From positions 37,820,001 through 37,884,000 of the forward strand of contig CAIIXF020000001.1 of the NCBI GenBank assembly GCA_903813345.2: 64,000 nt of DNA, given 5' to 3'. Below the pieces are notes generated by a model, which saw only the letters and a program-made list of their open reading frames with translations, did not search any database and was not told the origin of the DNA. Position numbers and translations under genes: made by a program. Shown piece by piece: positions 24,301 to 39,300 of the stretch. The stretch's first letter is position 1. Each line of letters starts with the position of its first letter. Source of the stretch: Owenia fusiformis (lineage: Eukaryota).

Positions 24301-27300
24301 GTAAATTATTATTCCATCGGCTTTTGCGGCACTTGCAAGTGGAACTGGGTCACCAGTTTTAGCAGCACCATCAGTTATGACAATGGCAACATCTTGTACG
24401 CCTTCTCGATTTCCACGAGTTGGTGAACTATATATTTCTCTCATCGTCGATATACCTGCTATGGTGTCTGTTGACCCAGCTTCATAAGCTATTTCATTAA
24501 TGGCAGCTATAACTGCTTCATTTGTGTTGTAGTCATTTAGATCAAATTTCAAGGAGGCACCATCAGAAAATGACAGAGCAGCAACTTGTATACCATCATC
24601 ACCTATGTTCATGTCTGACACAACATCCTTCACAAAATTGAGAACCAGTACGTAATTGTCCTCACCAATACTTCCAGAAGCATCAATGACAAACACGACA
24701 TCAAGACGTCCATCAGCACAATCTTAAATTCAACAAAAATATTGTGTCAATGGTATAATTAATTTAATAGTCATAAAAGAAGTTTCAATCAACTAGTATG
24801 GTAAATGGATAAGAAACAAGTGAAATATTTACTATACGTTGTTGACATACCTATTGTTTGGATGCAGGACTTCTCAGCAATGGTTTCTGCTATCGTTGAT
24901 AAACCTGAGAAATCGTCAACAACTGACGCATAAATGTCTGTTGGTTCGCTAGCTATGCCATTTACTTCATCTATGTTAAGTTCCGCTGTTTTTATTCCAA
25001 TAGCAAACATTACAACACCAGCAGCTTTAGCTGCGTTTGCTGCTGGTATCGGATTTCCAGTTTTTGCAGCTCCATCGGTAACCACTATAGCAATATCTGG
25101 AACGTTACTTCTATCACCATTTGCCTCTTGGAACATGTCACTCATTAGACTTTCTAGACCCTCTTTTGTGGCTGTGGAGCCTGCGTTATAAGGTAGGTTA
25201 CGCAGAGCAGAAATAACATCTTCTCGATTTGTGTATCTATTCAAATGGAATATTACTTCAGCCTCATTATGGAATATAATTGCAGCCACTCTGGTCTGAT
25301 TCGAACTGATGTCTAGTGTAAATGCTATATTCACGATGAAATCCCTAATGAATTTATAGTTTTCTTCTCCAACACTACCAGATGAATCAATCACAAAAAC
25401 GACATCAGACGTCCCTCTACATGCTGCAAAATAGAAAGGTTAGAGAATATGAGGTACAAATATATGAGTATTCACCATAATATGACATCTGAAACTAAGA
25501 TGCCTTTATCAATAAAATTGTAATAAACATATAAGAATAAAATTGTGCAGTTTAAACAGATTTATCTGGTGCAATAAATGTAGAATTGTTAAAATAAAAA
25601 TACGAAAATATTCCATTATTATCCAATGAAGAATCAAAAAGCCAGCTTCGCCAATTCTATCCATTTACAAAACAGTCAAAGACACTCACATATTTCAGGC
25701 ACTGTTGTTGTAGGTGCTGGGGTGGTGGTCGTAGTAGTGGTAGTTGTTGTACTTGTAGATGTTGTTGTTGCTGAAACAATTTACCATACATTGATATAAA
25801 ATCGTTGTAATTGACTATTTTGAATCGAATAACAATTATTCATCATTTGTATTTCATTAGTACCTTTTCTTTTATAGTTGTCTCAATATAGAATTGCTGG
25901 TTTTCTCAATACCTTTTCATCAATATGAGTAATGCGAACCACATCATAACATTCATTGGTTTGCTCTTTCAATTATTCCCTTTGTGCATTATTTTGCACT
26001 TGGCTAACGTTCTTTATGTTAAATAGATTCTTACTTGGTTCGCTACATGTAGATCTGCTCAATTCATCTGCGACAGTCTGGAGTCCATCAAAGTCGCTCA
26101 CAATAACTACATATTTACTATCTGGGTTACTGGCAATACCATTTACTTCTTCTAGTTTCAGCTCTGCAGTTTGCACACCGATGCAGTAAATTATTATTCC
26201 ATCGGCTTTTGCGGCACTTGCAAGTGGAACTGGGTCACCAGTTTTAGCAGCACCATCAGTTATGACAATGGCAACATCTTGTACGCCTTCTCGATTTCCA
26301 CGAGTTGGTGAACTATATATTTCTCTCATCGTCGATATACCTGCTATGGTGTCTGTTGACCCAGCTTCATAAGCTATTTCATTAATGGCAGCTATAACTG
26401 CTTCATTTGTGTTGTAGTCATTTAGATCAAATTTCAAGGAGGCACCATCAGAAAATGACAGAGCAGCAACTCGTATACCATCATCACCTATGTTCATGTC
26501 TGACACAACATCCTTCACAAAATTGAGAACCAGTACGTAATTGTCCTCACCAATACTTCCAGAAGCATCAATGACAAACACGACATCAAGACGTCCATCA
26601 GCACAATCTTAAATTCAACAAAAATATTGTGTCAATGGTATTATTAATTTAATAGTCATAAAAGAAGTTTCAATCAACTAGTATGGTAAATGGATAAGAA
26701 ACAAGTGAAATATTTACTATACGTTGTTGACATACCTATTGTTTGGATGCATGACTTCTCAGCAATGGTTTCTGCTATCGTTGATAAACCTGAGAAATCG
26801 TCAACAACTGACGCATAAATGTCTGTTGGTTCGCTAGCTATGCCATTTACTTCATCTATGTTAAGTTCCGCTGTTTTTATTCCAATAGCAAACATTACAA
26901 CACCAGCAGCTTTAGCTGTGTTTGCTGCTGGTATCGGATTTCCAGTTTTTGCAGCTCCATCGGTAACCACTATAGCAATATCTGGAACGTTACTTCTATC
27001 ACCATTTGCCTCTTGGAACATGTCACTCATTAGACTTTCTAGACCCTCTTTTGTGGCTGTGGAGCCTGCGTTATAAGGTAGGTTACGCAGAGCAGAAATA
27101 ACATCTTCTCGATTTGTGTATCTATTCAAATGGAATATTACTTCAGCCTCATTATGGAATATAATTGCAGCCACTCTGGTCTGATTCGAACTGATGTCTA
27201 GTGTAAATGCTATATTCACGATGAAATCCCTAATGAATTTATAGTTTTCTTCTCCAACACTACCAGATGAATCAATCACAAAAACGACATCAGACGTCCC

Positions 27301-30300
27301 TCTACATGCTGCAAAATAGAAAGGTTAGAGAATATGAGGTACAAATATATGAGTATTCATCATAATATGACATCTGAAACTAAGATGCCTTTATCAATAA
27401 AATTGTAATAAACATATAAGAATAAAATTGTGCAGTTTAAACAGATTTATCTGGTGCAATAAATGTAGAATTGTTAAAATAAAAATACGAAAATATTCCA
27501 TTATTATCCAATGAAGAATCAAAAAGCCAGCGTCGCCAATTCTATCTATTTACAAAACAGTCAAAGACACTCACATATTTCAGGTACTGTTGTTGTAGGT
27601 GCTGGGGTGGTGGTCGTAGTAGTGGTAGTTGTTGTACTTGTAGATGTTGTTGTTGCTGAAACAATTTACCATACATTGATATAAAATCGTTGTAATTGAC
27701 TATTTTGAATCGACTAACAATTATTCATCATTTGTATTTCATTAGTACCTTTTCTTTTATAGTTGTCGCAATATAGAATTGCTGGTTTTCTCAATACCTT
27801 TTCATCAATATGAGTAATGCGAACCACATCATAACATTCATTGGTTTGCTCTTTCAATTATTCCCTTTGTGCATTATTTTGCACTTGGCTAACGTTCTTT
27901 ATGTTAAATAGATTCTTACTTGGTTCGCTACATGTAGATCTGCTCAATTCATCTGCGACAGTCTGGAGTCCATCAAAGTCGCTCACAATAACTACATATT
28001 TACTATCTGGGTTACTGGCAATACCATTTACTTCTTCTAGTTTCAGCTCTGCAGTTTGCACACCGATGCAGTAAATTATTATTCCATCGGCTTTTGCGGC
28101 ACTTGCAAGTGGAACTGGGTCACCAGTTTTAGCAGCACCATCAGTTATGACAATGGCAACATCTTGTACGCCTTCTCGATTTCCACGAGTTGGTGAACTA
28201 TATATTTCTCTCATCGTCGATATACCTGCTATGGTGTCTGTTGACCCAGCTTCATAAGCTATTTCATTAATGGCAGCTATAACTGCTTCATTTGTGTTGT
28301 AGTCATTTAGATCAAATTTCAAGGAGGCACCATCAGAAAATGACAGAGCAGCAACTCGTATACCATCATCACCTATGTTCATGTCTGACACAACATCCTT
28401 CACAAAATTGAGAACCAGTACGTAATTGTCCTCACCAATACTTCCAGAAGCATCAATGACAAACACGACATCAAGACGTCCATCAGCACAATCTTAAATT
28501 CAACAAAAATATTGTGTCAATGGTATTATTAATTTAATAGTCATAAAAGAAGTTTCAATCAAACTAGTATGGTAAATGGATAAGAAACAAGTGAAATATT
28601 TACTATACGTTGTTGACATACCTATTGTTTGGATGCAGGACTTCTCAGCAATGGTTTCTGCTATCGTTGATAAACCTGAGAAATCGTCAACAACTGACGC
28701 ATAAATGTCTGTTGGTTCGCTAGCTATGCCATTTACTTCATCTATGTTAAGTTCCGCTGTTTTTATTCCAATAGCAAACATTACAACACCAGCAGCTTTA
28801 GCTGCGTTTGCTGCTGGTATCGGATTTCCAGTTTTTGCAGCTCCATCGGTAACCACTATAGCAATATCTGGAACGTTACTTCTATCACCATTTGCCTCTT
28901 GGAACATGTCACTCATTAGACTTTCTAGACCCTCTTTTGTGGCTGTGGAGCCTGCGTTATAAGGTAGGTTACGCAGAGCAGAAATAACATCTTCTCGATT
29001 TGTGTATCTATTCAAATGGAATATTACTTCAGCCTCATTATGGAATATAATTGCAGCCACTCTGGTCTGATTCGAACTGATGTCTAGTGTAAATGCTATA
29101 TTCACGATGAAATCCCTAATGAATTTATAGTTTTCTTCTCCAACACTACCAGATGAATCAATCACAAAAACGACATCAGACGTCCCTCTACATGCTGCAA
29201 AATAGAAAGGTTAGAGAATATGAGGTACAAATATATGAGTATTCATCATAATATGACATCTGAAACTAAGATGCCTTTATCAATAAAATTGTAATAAACA
29301 TATAAGAATAAAATTGTGCAGTTTAAACAGATTTATCTGGTGCAATAAATGTAGAATTGTTAAAATAAAAATACGAAAATATTCCATTATTATCCAATGA
29401 AGAATCAAAAAGCCAGCGTCGCCAATTCTATCTATTTACAAAACAGTCAAAGACACTCACATATTTCAGGTACTGTTGTTGTAGGTGCTGGGGTGGTGGT
29501 CGTAGTAGTGGTAGTTGTTGTACTTGTAGATGTTGTTGTTGCTGAAACAATTTACCATACATTGATATAAAATCGTTGTAATTGACTATTTTGAATCGAC
29601 TAACAATTATTCATCATTTGTATTTCATTAGTACCTTTTCTTTTATAGTTGTCTCAATATAGAATTGCTGGTTTTCTCAATACCTTTTCATCAATATGAG
29701 TAATGCGAACCACATCATAACATTCATTGGTTTGCTCTTTCAATTATTCCCTTTGTGCATTATTTTGCACTTGGCTAACGTTCTTTATGTTAGATAGATT
29801 CTTACTTGGTTCGCTACATGTAGATCTGCTCAATTCATCTGCGACAGTCTGGAGTCCATCAAAGTCGCTCACAATAACTACATATTTACTATCTGGGTTA
29901 CTGGCAATACCATTTACTTCTTCTAGTTTCAGCTCTGCAGTTTGCACACCGATGCAGTAAATTATTATTCCATCGGCTTTTGCGGCACTTGCAAGTGGAA
30001 CTGGGTCACCAGTTTTAGCAGCACCATCTGTTATGACAATGGCAACATCTTGTACGCCTTCTCGATTTCCATGAGTTGGTGAACTATATATTTCTCTCAT
30101 CGTCGATATACCTGCTATGGTGTCTGTTGACCCAGCTTCATAAGCTATTTCATTAATGGCAGCTATAACTGCTTCATTTGTGTTGTAGTCATTTAGATCA
30201 AATTTCAAGGAGGCACCATCAGAAAATGACAGAGCAGCAACTCGTATACCATCATCACCTATGTTCATGTCTGACACAACATCCTTCACAAAATTGAGAA

Positions 30301-33300
30301 CCAGTACGTAATTGTCCTCACCAATACTTCCAGAAGCATCAATGACAAACACGACATCAAGACGTCCATCAGCACAATCTTAAATTCAACAAAAATATTG
30401 TGTCAATGGTATTATTAATTTAATAGTCATAAAAGAAGTTTCAATCAACTAGTATGGTAAATGGATAAGAAACAAGTGAAATATTTACTATACGTTGTTG
30501 ACATACCTATTGTTTGGATGCATGACTTCTCAGCAATGGTTTCTGCTATCGTTGATAAACCTGAGAAATCGTCAACAACTGACGCATAAATGTCTGTTGG
30601 TTCGCTAGCTATGCCATTTACTTCATCTATGTTAAGTTCCGCTGTCTTTATTCCAATAGCAAACATTACAACACCAGCAGCTTTAGCTGCGTTTGCTGCT
30701 GGTATCGGATTTCCAGTTTTTGCAGCTCCATCGGTAACCACTATAGCAATATCTGGAACGTTACTTCTATCACCATTTGCCTCTTGGAACATGTCACTCA
30801 TTAGACTTTCTAGACCCTCTTTTGTGGCTGTGGAGCCTGCGTTATAAGGTAGGTTACGCAGAGCAGAAATAACATCTTCTCGATTTGTGTATCTATTCAA
30901 ATGGAATATTACTTCAGCCTCATTATGGAATATAATTGCAGCCACTCTGGTCTGATTCGAACTGATGTCTAGTGTAAATGCTATATTCACGATGAAATCC
31001 CTAATGAATTTATAGTTTTCTTCTCCAACACTACCAGATGAATCAATCACAAAAACGACATCAGACGTCCCTCTACATGCTTCAAAATAGAAAGGTTAGC
31101 GAATATGAGGTACAAATATATGAGTATTCATCATAATATGACATCTGAAACTAAGATGCCTTTATCAATAAAATTGTAATAAACATATAAGAATAAAATT
31201 GTGCAGTTTAAACAGATTTATCTGGTGCAATAAATGTAGAATTGTTAAAATAAAAATACGAAAATATTCCATTATTATCCAATGAAGAATCAAAAAGCCA
31301 GCGTCGCCAATTCTATCTATTTACAAAACAGTCAAAGACACTCACATATTTCAGGTACTGTTGTTGTAGGTGCTGGGGTGGTGGTCGTAGTAGTGGTAGT
31401 TGTTGTACTTGTAGATGTTGTTGTTGCTGAAACAATTTACCATACATTGATATAAAATCGTTGTAATTGACTATTTTGAATCGACTAACAATTATTCATC
31501 ATTTGTATTTCATTAGTACCTTTTCTTTTATAGTTGTCTCAATATAGAATTGCTGGTTTTCTCAATACCTTTTCATCAATATGAGTAATGCGAACCACAT
31601 CATAACATTCATTGGTTTGCTCTTTCAATTATTCCCTTTGTGCATTATTTTGCACTTGGCTAACGTTCTTTATGTTAAATAGATTCTTACTTGGTTCGCT
31701 ACATGTAGATCTGCTCAATTCATCTGCGACAGTCTGGAGTCCATCAAAGTCGCTCACAATAACTACATATTTACTATCTGGGTTACTGGCAATACCATTT
31801 ACTTCTTCTAGTTTCAGCTCTGCAGTTTGCACACCGATGCAGTAAATTATTATTCCATCGGCTTTTGCGGCACTTGCAAGTGGAACTGGGTCACCAGTTT
31901 TAGCAGCACCATCAGTTATGACAATGGCAACATCTTGTACGCCTTCTCGATTTCCACGAGTTGGTGAACTATATATTTCTCTCATCGTCGATATACCTGC
32001 TATGGTGTCTGTTGACCCAGCTTCATAAGCTATTTCATTAATGGCAGCTATAACTGCTTCATTTGTGTTGTAGTCATTTAGATCAAATTTCAAGGAGGCA
32101 CCATCAGAAAATGACAGAGCAGCAACTCGTATACCATCATCACCTATGTTCATGTCTGACACAACATCCTTCACAAAATTGAGAACCAGTACGTAATTGT
32201 CCTCACCAATACTTCCAGAAGCATCAATGACAAACACGACATCAAGACGTCCATCAGCACAATCTTAAATTCAACAAAAATATTGTGTCAATGGTATTAT
32301 TAATTTAATAGTCATAAAAGAAGTTTCAATCAACTAGTATGGTAAATGGATAAGAAACAAGTGAAATATTTACTATACGCTGTTGACATACCTATTGTTT
32401 GGATGCATGACTTCTCAGCAATGGTTTCTGCTATCGTTGATAAACCTGAGAAATCGTCAACAACTGACGCATAAATGTCTGTTGGTTCGCTAGCTATGCC
32501 ATTTACTTCATCTATGTTAAGTTCCGCTGTTTTTATTCCAATAGCAAACATTACAACACCAGCAGCTTTAGCTGCGTTTGCTGCTGGTATCGGATTTCCA
32601 GTTTTTGCAGCTCCATCGGTAACCACTATAGCAATATCTGGAACGTTACTTCTATCACCATTTGCCTCTTGGAACATGTCATTCATTAGACTTTCTAGAC
32701 CCTCTTTTGTGGCTGTGGAGCCTGCGTTATAAGGTAGGTTACGCAGAGCAGAAATAACATCTTCTCGATTTGTGTATCTATTCAAATGGAATATTACTTC
32801 AGCCTCATTATGGAATATAATTGCAGCCACTCTGGTCTGATTCGAACTGATGTCTAGTGTAAATGCTATATTCACGATGAAATCCCTAATGAATTTATAG
32901 TTTTCTTCTCCAACACTACCAGATGAATCAATCACAAAAACGACATCAGACGTCCCTCTACATGCTGCAAAATAGAAAGGTTAGCGAATATGAGGTACAA
33001 ATATATGAGTATTCATCATAATATGACATCTGAAACTAAGATGCCTTTATCAATAAAATTGTAATAAACATATAAGAATAAAATTGTGCAGTTTAAACAG
33101 ATTTATCTGGTGCAATAAATGTAGAATTGTTAAAATAAAAATACGAAAATATTCCATTATTATCCAATGAAGAATCAAAAAGCCAGCGTCGCCAATTCTA
33201 TCTATTTACAAAACAGTCAAAGACACTCACATATTTCAGGTACTGTTGTTGTAGGTGCTGGGGTGGTGGTCGTAGTAGTGGTAGTTGTTGTACTTGTAGA

Positions 33301-36300
33301 TGTTGTTGTTGCTGAAACAATTTACCATACATTGATATAAAATCGTTGTAATTGACTATTTTGAATCGACTAACAATTATTCATCATTTGTATTTCATTA
33401 GTACCTTTTCTTTTATAGTTGTCTCAATATAGAATTGCTGGTTTTCTCAATACCTTTTCATCAATATAAGTAATGCGAACCACATCATAACATTCATTGG
33501 TTTGCTCTTTCAATTATTCCCTTTGTGCATTATTTTGCACTTGGCTAACGTTCTTTATGTTAAATAGATTCTTACTTGGTTCGCTACATGTAGATCTGCT
33601 CAATTCATCTGCGACAGTCTGGAGTCCATCAAAGTCGCTCACAATAACTACATATTTACTATCTGGGTTACTGGCAATACCATTTACTTCTTCTAGTTTC
33701 AGCTCTGCAGTTTGCACACCGATGCAGTAAATTATTATTCCATCGGCTTTTGCGGCACTTGCAAGTGGAACTGGGTCACCAGTTTTAGCAGCACCATCAG
33801 TTATGACAATGGCAACATCTTGTACGCCTTCTCGATTTCCACGAGTTGGTGAACTATATATTTCTCTCATCGTCGATATACCTGCTATGGTGTCTGTTGA
33901 CCCAGCTTCATAAGCTATTTCATTAATGGCAGCTATAACTGCTTCATTTGTGTTGTAGTCATTTAGATCAAATTTCAAGGAGGCACCATCAGAAAATGAC
34001 AGAGCAGCAACTCGTATACCATCATCACCTATGTTCATGTCTGACACAACATCCTTCACAAAATTGAGAACCAGTACGTAATTGTCCTCACCAATACTTC
34101 CAGAAGCATCAATGACAAACACGACATCAAGACGTCCATCAGCACAATCTTAAATTCAACAAAAATATTGTGTCAATGGTATTATTAATTTAATAGTCAT
34201 AAAAGAAGTTTCAATCAACTAGTATGGTAAATGGATAAGAAACAAGTGAAATATTTACTATACGTTGTTGACATACCTATTGTTTGGATGCAGGACTTCT
34301 CAGCAATGGTTTCTGCTATCGTTGATAAACCTGAGAAATCGTCAACAACTGACGCATAAATGTCTGTTGGTTCGCTAGCTATGCCATTTACTTCATCTAT
34401 GTTAAGTTCCGCTGTTTTTATTCCAATAGCAAACATTACAACACCAGCAGCTTTAGCTGCGTTTGCTGCTGGTATCGGATTTCCAGTTTTTGCAGCTCCA
34501 TCGGTAACCACTATAGCAATATCTGGAACGTTACTTCTATCACCATTTGCCTCTTGGAACATGTCACTCATTAGACTTTCTAGACCCTCTTTTGTGGCTG
34601 TGGAGCCTGCGTTATAAGGTAGGTTACGCAGAGCAGAAATAACATCTTCTCGATTTGTGTATCTATTCAAATGGAATATTACTTCAGCCTCATTATGGAA
34701 TATAATTGCAGCCACTCTGGTCTGATTCGAACTGATGTCTAGTGTAAATGCTATATTCACGATGAAATCCCTAATGAATTTATAGTTTTCTTCTCCAACA
34801 CTACCAGATGAATCAATCACAAAAACGACATCAGACGTCCCTCTACATGCTGCAAAATAGAAAGGTTAGAGAATATGAGGTACAAATATATGAGTATTCA
34901 TCATAATATGACATCTGAAACTAAGATGCCTTTATCAATAAAATTGTAATAAACATATAAGAATAAAATTGTGCAGTTTAAACAGATTTATCTGGTGCAA
35001 TAAATGTAGAATTGTTAAAATAAAAATACGAAAATATTCCATTATTATCCAATGAAGAATCAAAAAGCCAGCTTCGCCAATTCTATCTATTTACAAAACA
35101 GTCAAAGACACTCACATATTTCAGGTACTGTTGTTGTAGGTGCTGGGGTGGTGGTCGTAGTAGTGGTAGTTGTTGTACTTGTAGATGTTGTTGTTGCTGA
35201 AACAATTTACCATACATTGATATAAAATCGTTGTAATTGACTATTTTGAATCGACTAACAATTATTCATCATTTGTATTTCATTAGTACCTTTTCTTTTA
35301 TAGTTGTCTCAATATAGAATTGCTGGTTTTCTCAATACCTTTTCATCAATATGAGTAATGCGAACCACATCATAACATTCATTGGTTTGCTCTTTCAATT
35401 ATTCCCTTTGTGCATTATTTTGCACTTGGCTAACGTTCTTTATGTTAAATAGATTCTTACTTGGTTCGCTACATGTAGATCTGCTCAATTCATCTGCGAC
35501 AGTCTGGAGTCCATCAAAGTCGCTCACAATAACTACATATTTACTATCTGGGTTACTGGCAATACCATTTACTTCTTCTAGTTTCAGCTCTGCAGTTTGC
35601 ACACCGATGCAGTAAATTATTATTCCATCGGCTTTTGCGGCACTTGCAAGTGGAACTGGGTCACCAGTTTTAGCAGCACCATCAGTTATGACAATGGCAA
35701 CATCTTGTACGCCTTCTCGATTTCCACGATTTGGTGAACTATATATTTCTCTCATCGTCGATATACCTGCTATGGTGTCTGTTGACCCAGCTTCATAAGC
35801 TATTTCATTAATGGCAGCTATAACTGCTTCATTTGTGTTGTAGTCATTTAGATCAAATTTCAAGGAGGCACCATCAGAAAATGACAGAGCAGCAACTCGT
35901 ATACCATCATCACCTATGTTCATGTCTGACACAACATCCTTCACAAAATTGAGAACCAGTACGTAATTGTCCTCACCAATACTTCCAGAAGCATCAATGA
36001 CAAACACGACATCAAGACGTCCATCAGCACAATCTTAAATTCAACAAAAATATTGTGTCAATGGTATTATTAATTTAATAGTCATAAAAGAAGTTTCAAT
36101 CAACTAGTATGGTAAATGGATAAGAAACAAGTGAAATATTTACTATATGTTGTTGACATACCTATTGTTTGGATGCATGACTTCTCAGCAATGGTTTCTG
36201 CTATCGTTGATAAACCTGAGAAATCGTCAACAACTGACGCATAAATGTCTGTTGGTTCGCTAGCTATGCCATTTACTTCATCTATGTTAAGTTCCGCTGT

Positions 36301-39300
36301 TTTTATTCCAATAGCAAACATTACAACACCAGCAGCTTTAGCTGCGTTTGCTGCTGGTATCGGATTTCCAGTTTTTGCAGCTCCATCGGTAACCACTATA
36401 GCAATATCTGGAACGTTACTTCTATCACCATTTGCCTCTTGGAACATGTCACTCATTAGACTTTCTAGACCCTCTTTTGTGGCTGTGGAGCCTGCGTTAT
36501 AAGGTAGGTTACGCAGAGCAGAAATAACATCTTCTCGATTTGTGTATCTATTCAAATGGAATATTACTTCAGCCTCATTATGGAATATAATTGCAGCCAC
36601 TCTGGTCTGATTCGAACTGATGTCTAGTGTAAATGCTATATTCACGATGAAATCCCTAATGAATTTATAGTTTTCTTCTCCAACACTACCAGATGAATCA
36701 ATCACAAAAACGACATCAGACGTCCCTCTACATGCTGCAAAATAGAAAGGTTAGAGAATATGAGGTACAAATATATGAGTATTCATCATAATATGACATC
36801 TGAAACTAAGATGCCTTTATCAATAAAATTGTAATAAACATATAAGAATAAAATTGTGCAGTTTAAACAGATTTATCTGGTGCAATAAATGTAGAATTGT
36901 TAAAATAAAAATACGAAAATATTCCATTATTATCCAATGAAGAATCAAAAAGCCAGCGTCGCCAATTCTATCTATTTACAAAACAGTCAAAGACACTCAC
37001 ATATTTCAGGTACTGTTGTTGTAGGTGCTGGGGTGGTGGTCGTAGTAGTGGTAGTTGTTGTACTTGTAGATGTTGTTGTTGCTGAAACAATTTACCATAC
37101 ATTGATATAAAATCGTTGTAATTGACTATTTTGAATCGACTAACAATTATTCATCATTTGTATTTCATTAGTACCTTTTCTTTTATAGTTGTCTCAATAT
37201 AGAATTGCTGGTTTTCTCAATACCTTTTCATCAATATGAGTAATGCGAACCACATCATAACATTCATTGGTTTGCTCTTTCAATTATTCCCTTTGTGCAT
37301 TATTTTGCACTTGGCTAACGTTCTTTATGTTAAATAGATTCTTACTTGGTTCGCTACATGTAGATCTGCTCAATTCATCTGCGACAGTCTGGAGTCCATC
37401 AAAGTCGCTCACAATAACTACATATTTACTATCTGGGTTACTGGCAATACCATTTACTTCTTCTAGTTTCAGCTCTGCAGTTTGCACACCGATGCAGTAA
37501 ATTATTATTCCATCGGCTTTTGCGGCACTTGCAAGTGGAACTGGGTCACCAGTTTTAGCAGCACCATCAGTTATGACAATGGCAACATCTTGTACGCCTT
37601 CTCGATTTCCACGAGTTGGTGAACTATATATTTCTCTCATCGTCGATATACCTGCTATGGTGTCTGTTGACCCAGCTTCATAAGCTATTTCATTAATGGC
37701 AGCTATAACTGCTTCATTTGTGTTGTAGTCATTTAGATCAAATTTCAAGGAGGCACCATCAGAAAATGACAGAGCAGCAACTCGTATACCATCATCACCT
37801 ATGTTCATGTCTGACACAACATCCTTCACAAAATTGAGAACCAGTACGTAATTGTCCTCACCAATACTTCCAGAAGCATCAATGACAAACACGACATCAA
37901 GACGTCCATCAGCACAATCTTAAATTCAACAAAAATATTGTGTCAATGGTATTATTAATTTAATAGTCATAAAAGAAGTTTCAATCAACTAGTATGGTAA
38001 ATGGATAAGAAACAAGTGAAATATTTACTATATGTTGTTGACATACCTATTGTTTGGATGCATGACTTCTCAGCAATGGTTTCTGCTATCGTTGATAAAC
38101 CTGAGAAATCATCAACAACTGACGCATAAATGTCTGTTGGTTCGCTAGCTATGCCATTTACTTCATCTATGTTAAGTTCCGCTGTTTTTATTCCAATAGC
38201 AAACATTACAACACCAGCAGCTTTAGCTGCGTTTGCTGCTGGTATCGGATTTCCAGTTTTTGCAGCTCCATCGGTAACCACTATAGCAATATCTGAAACG
38301 TTACTTCTATCACCATTTGCCTCTTGGAACATGTCACTCATTAGACTTTCTAGACCCTCTTTTGTGGCTGTGGAGCCTGCGTTATAAGGTAGGTTACGCA
38401 GAGCAGAAATAACATCTTCTCGATTTGTGTATCTATTCAAATGGAATATTACTTCAGCCTCATTATGGAATATAATTGCAGCCACTCTGGTCTGATTCGA
38501 ACTGATGTCTAGTGTAAATGCTATATTCACGATGAAATCCCTAATGAATTTATAGTTTTCTTCTCCAACACTACCAGATGAATCAATCACAAAAACGACA
38601 TCAGACGTCCCAATACATGCTGCAAAATAGAAAGGTTAGAGAATATGAGGTACAAATATATGAGTATTCATCATAATATGACATCTGAAACTAAGATGCC
38701 TTTATCAATAAAATTGTAATAAACATATAAGAATAAAATTGTGCAGTTTAAACAGATTTATCTGGTGCAATAAATGTAGAATTGTTAAAATAAAAATACG
38801 AAAATATTCCATTATTATCCAATGAAGAATCAAAAAGCCAGCGTCGCCAATTCTATCTATTTACAAAACAGTCAAAGACACTCACATATTTCAGGTACTG
38901 TTGTTGTAGGTGCTGGGGTGGTGGTCGTAGTAGTGGTAGTTGTTGTACTTGTAGATGTTGTTGTTGCTGAAACAATTTACCATACATTGATATAAAATCG
39001 TTGTAATTGACTATTTTGAATCGACTAACAATTATTCATCATTTGTATTTCATTAGTACCTTTTCTTTTATAGTTGTCTCAATATAGAATTGCTGGTTTT
39101 CTCAATACCTTTTCATCAATATGAGTAATGCGAACCACATCATAACATTCATTGGTTTGCTCTTTCAATTATTCCCTTTGTGCATTATTTTGCACTTGGC
39201 TAACGTTCTTTATGTTAGATAGATTCTTACTTGGTTCGCTACATGTAGATCTGCTCAATTCATCTGCGACAGTCTGGAGTCCATCAAAGTCGCTCACAAT

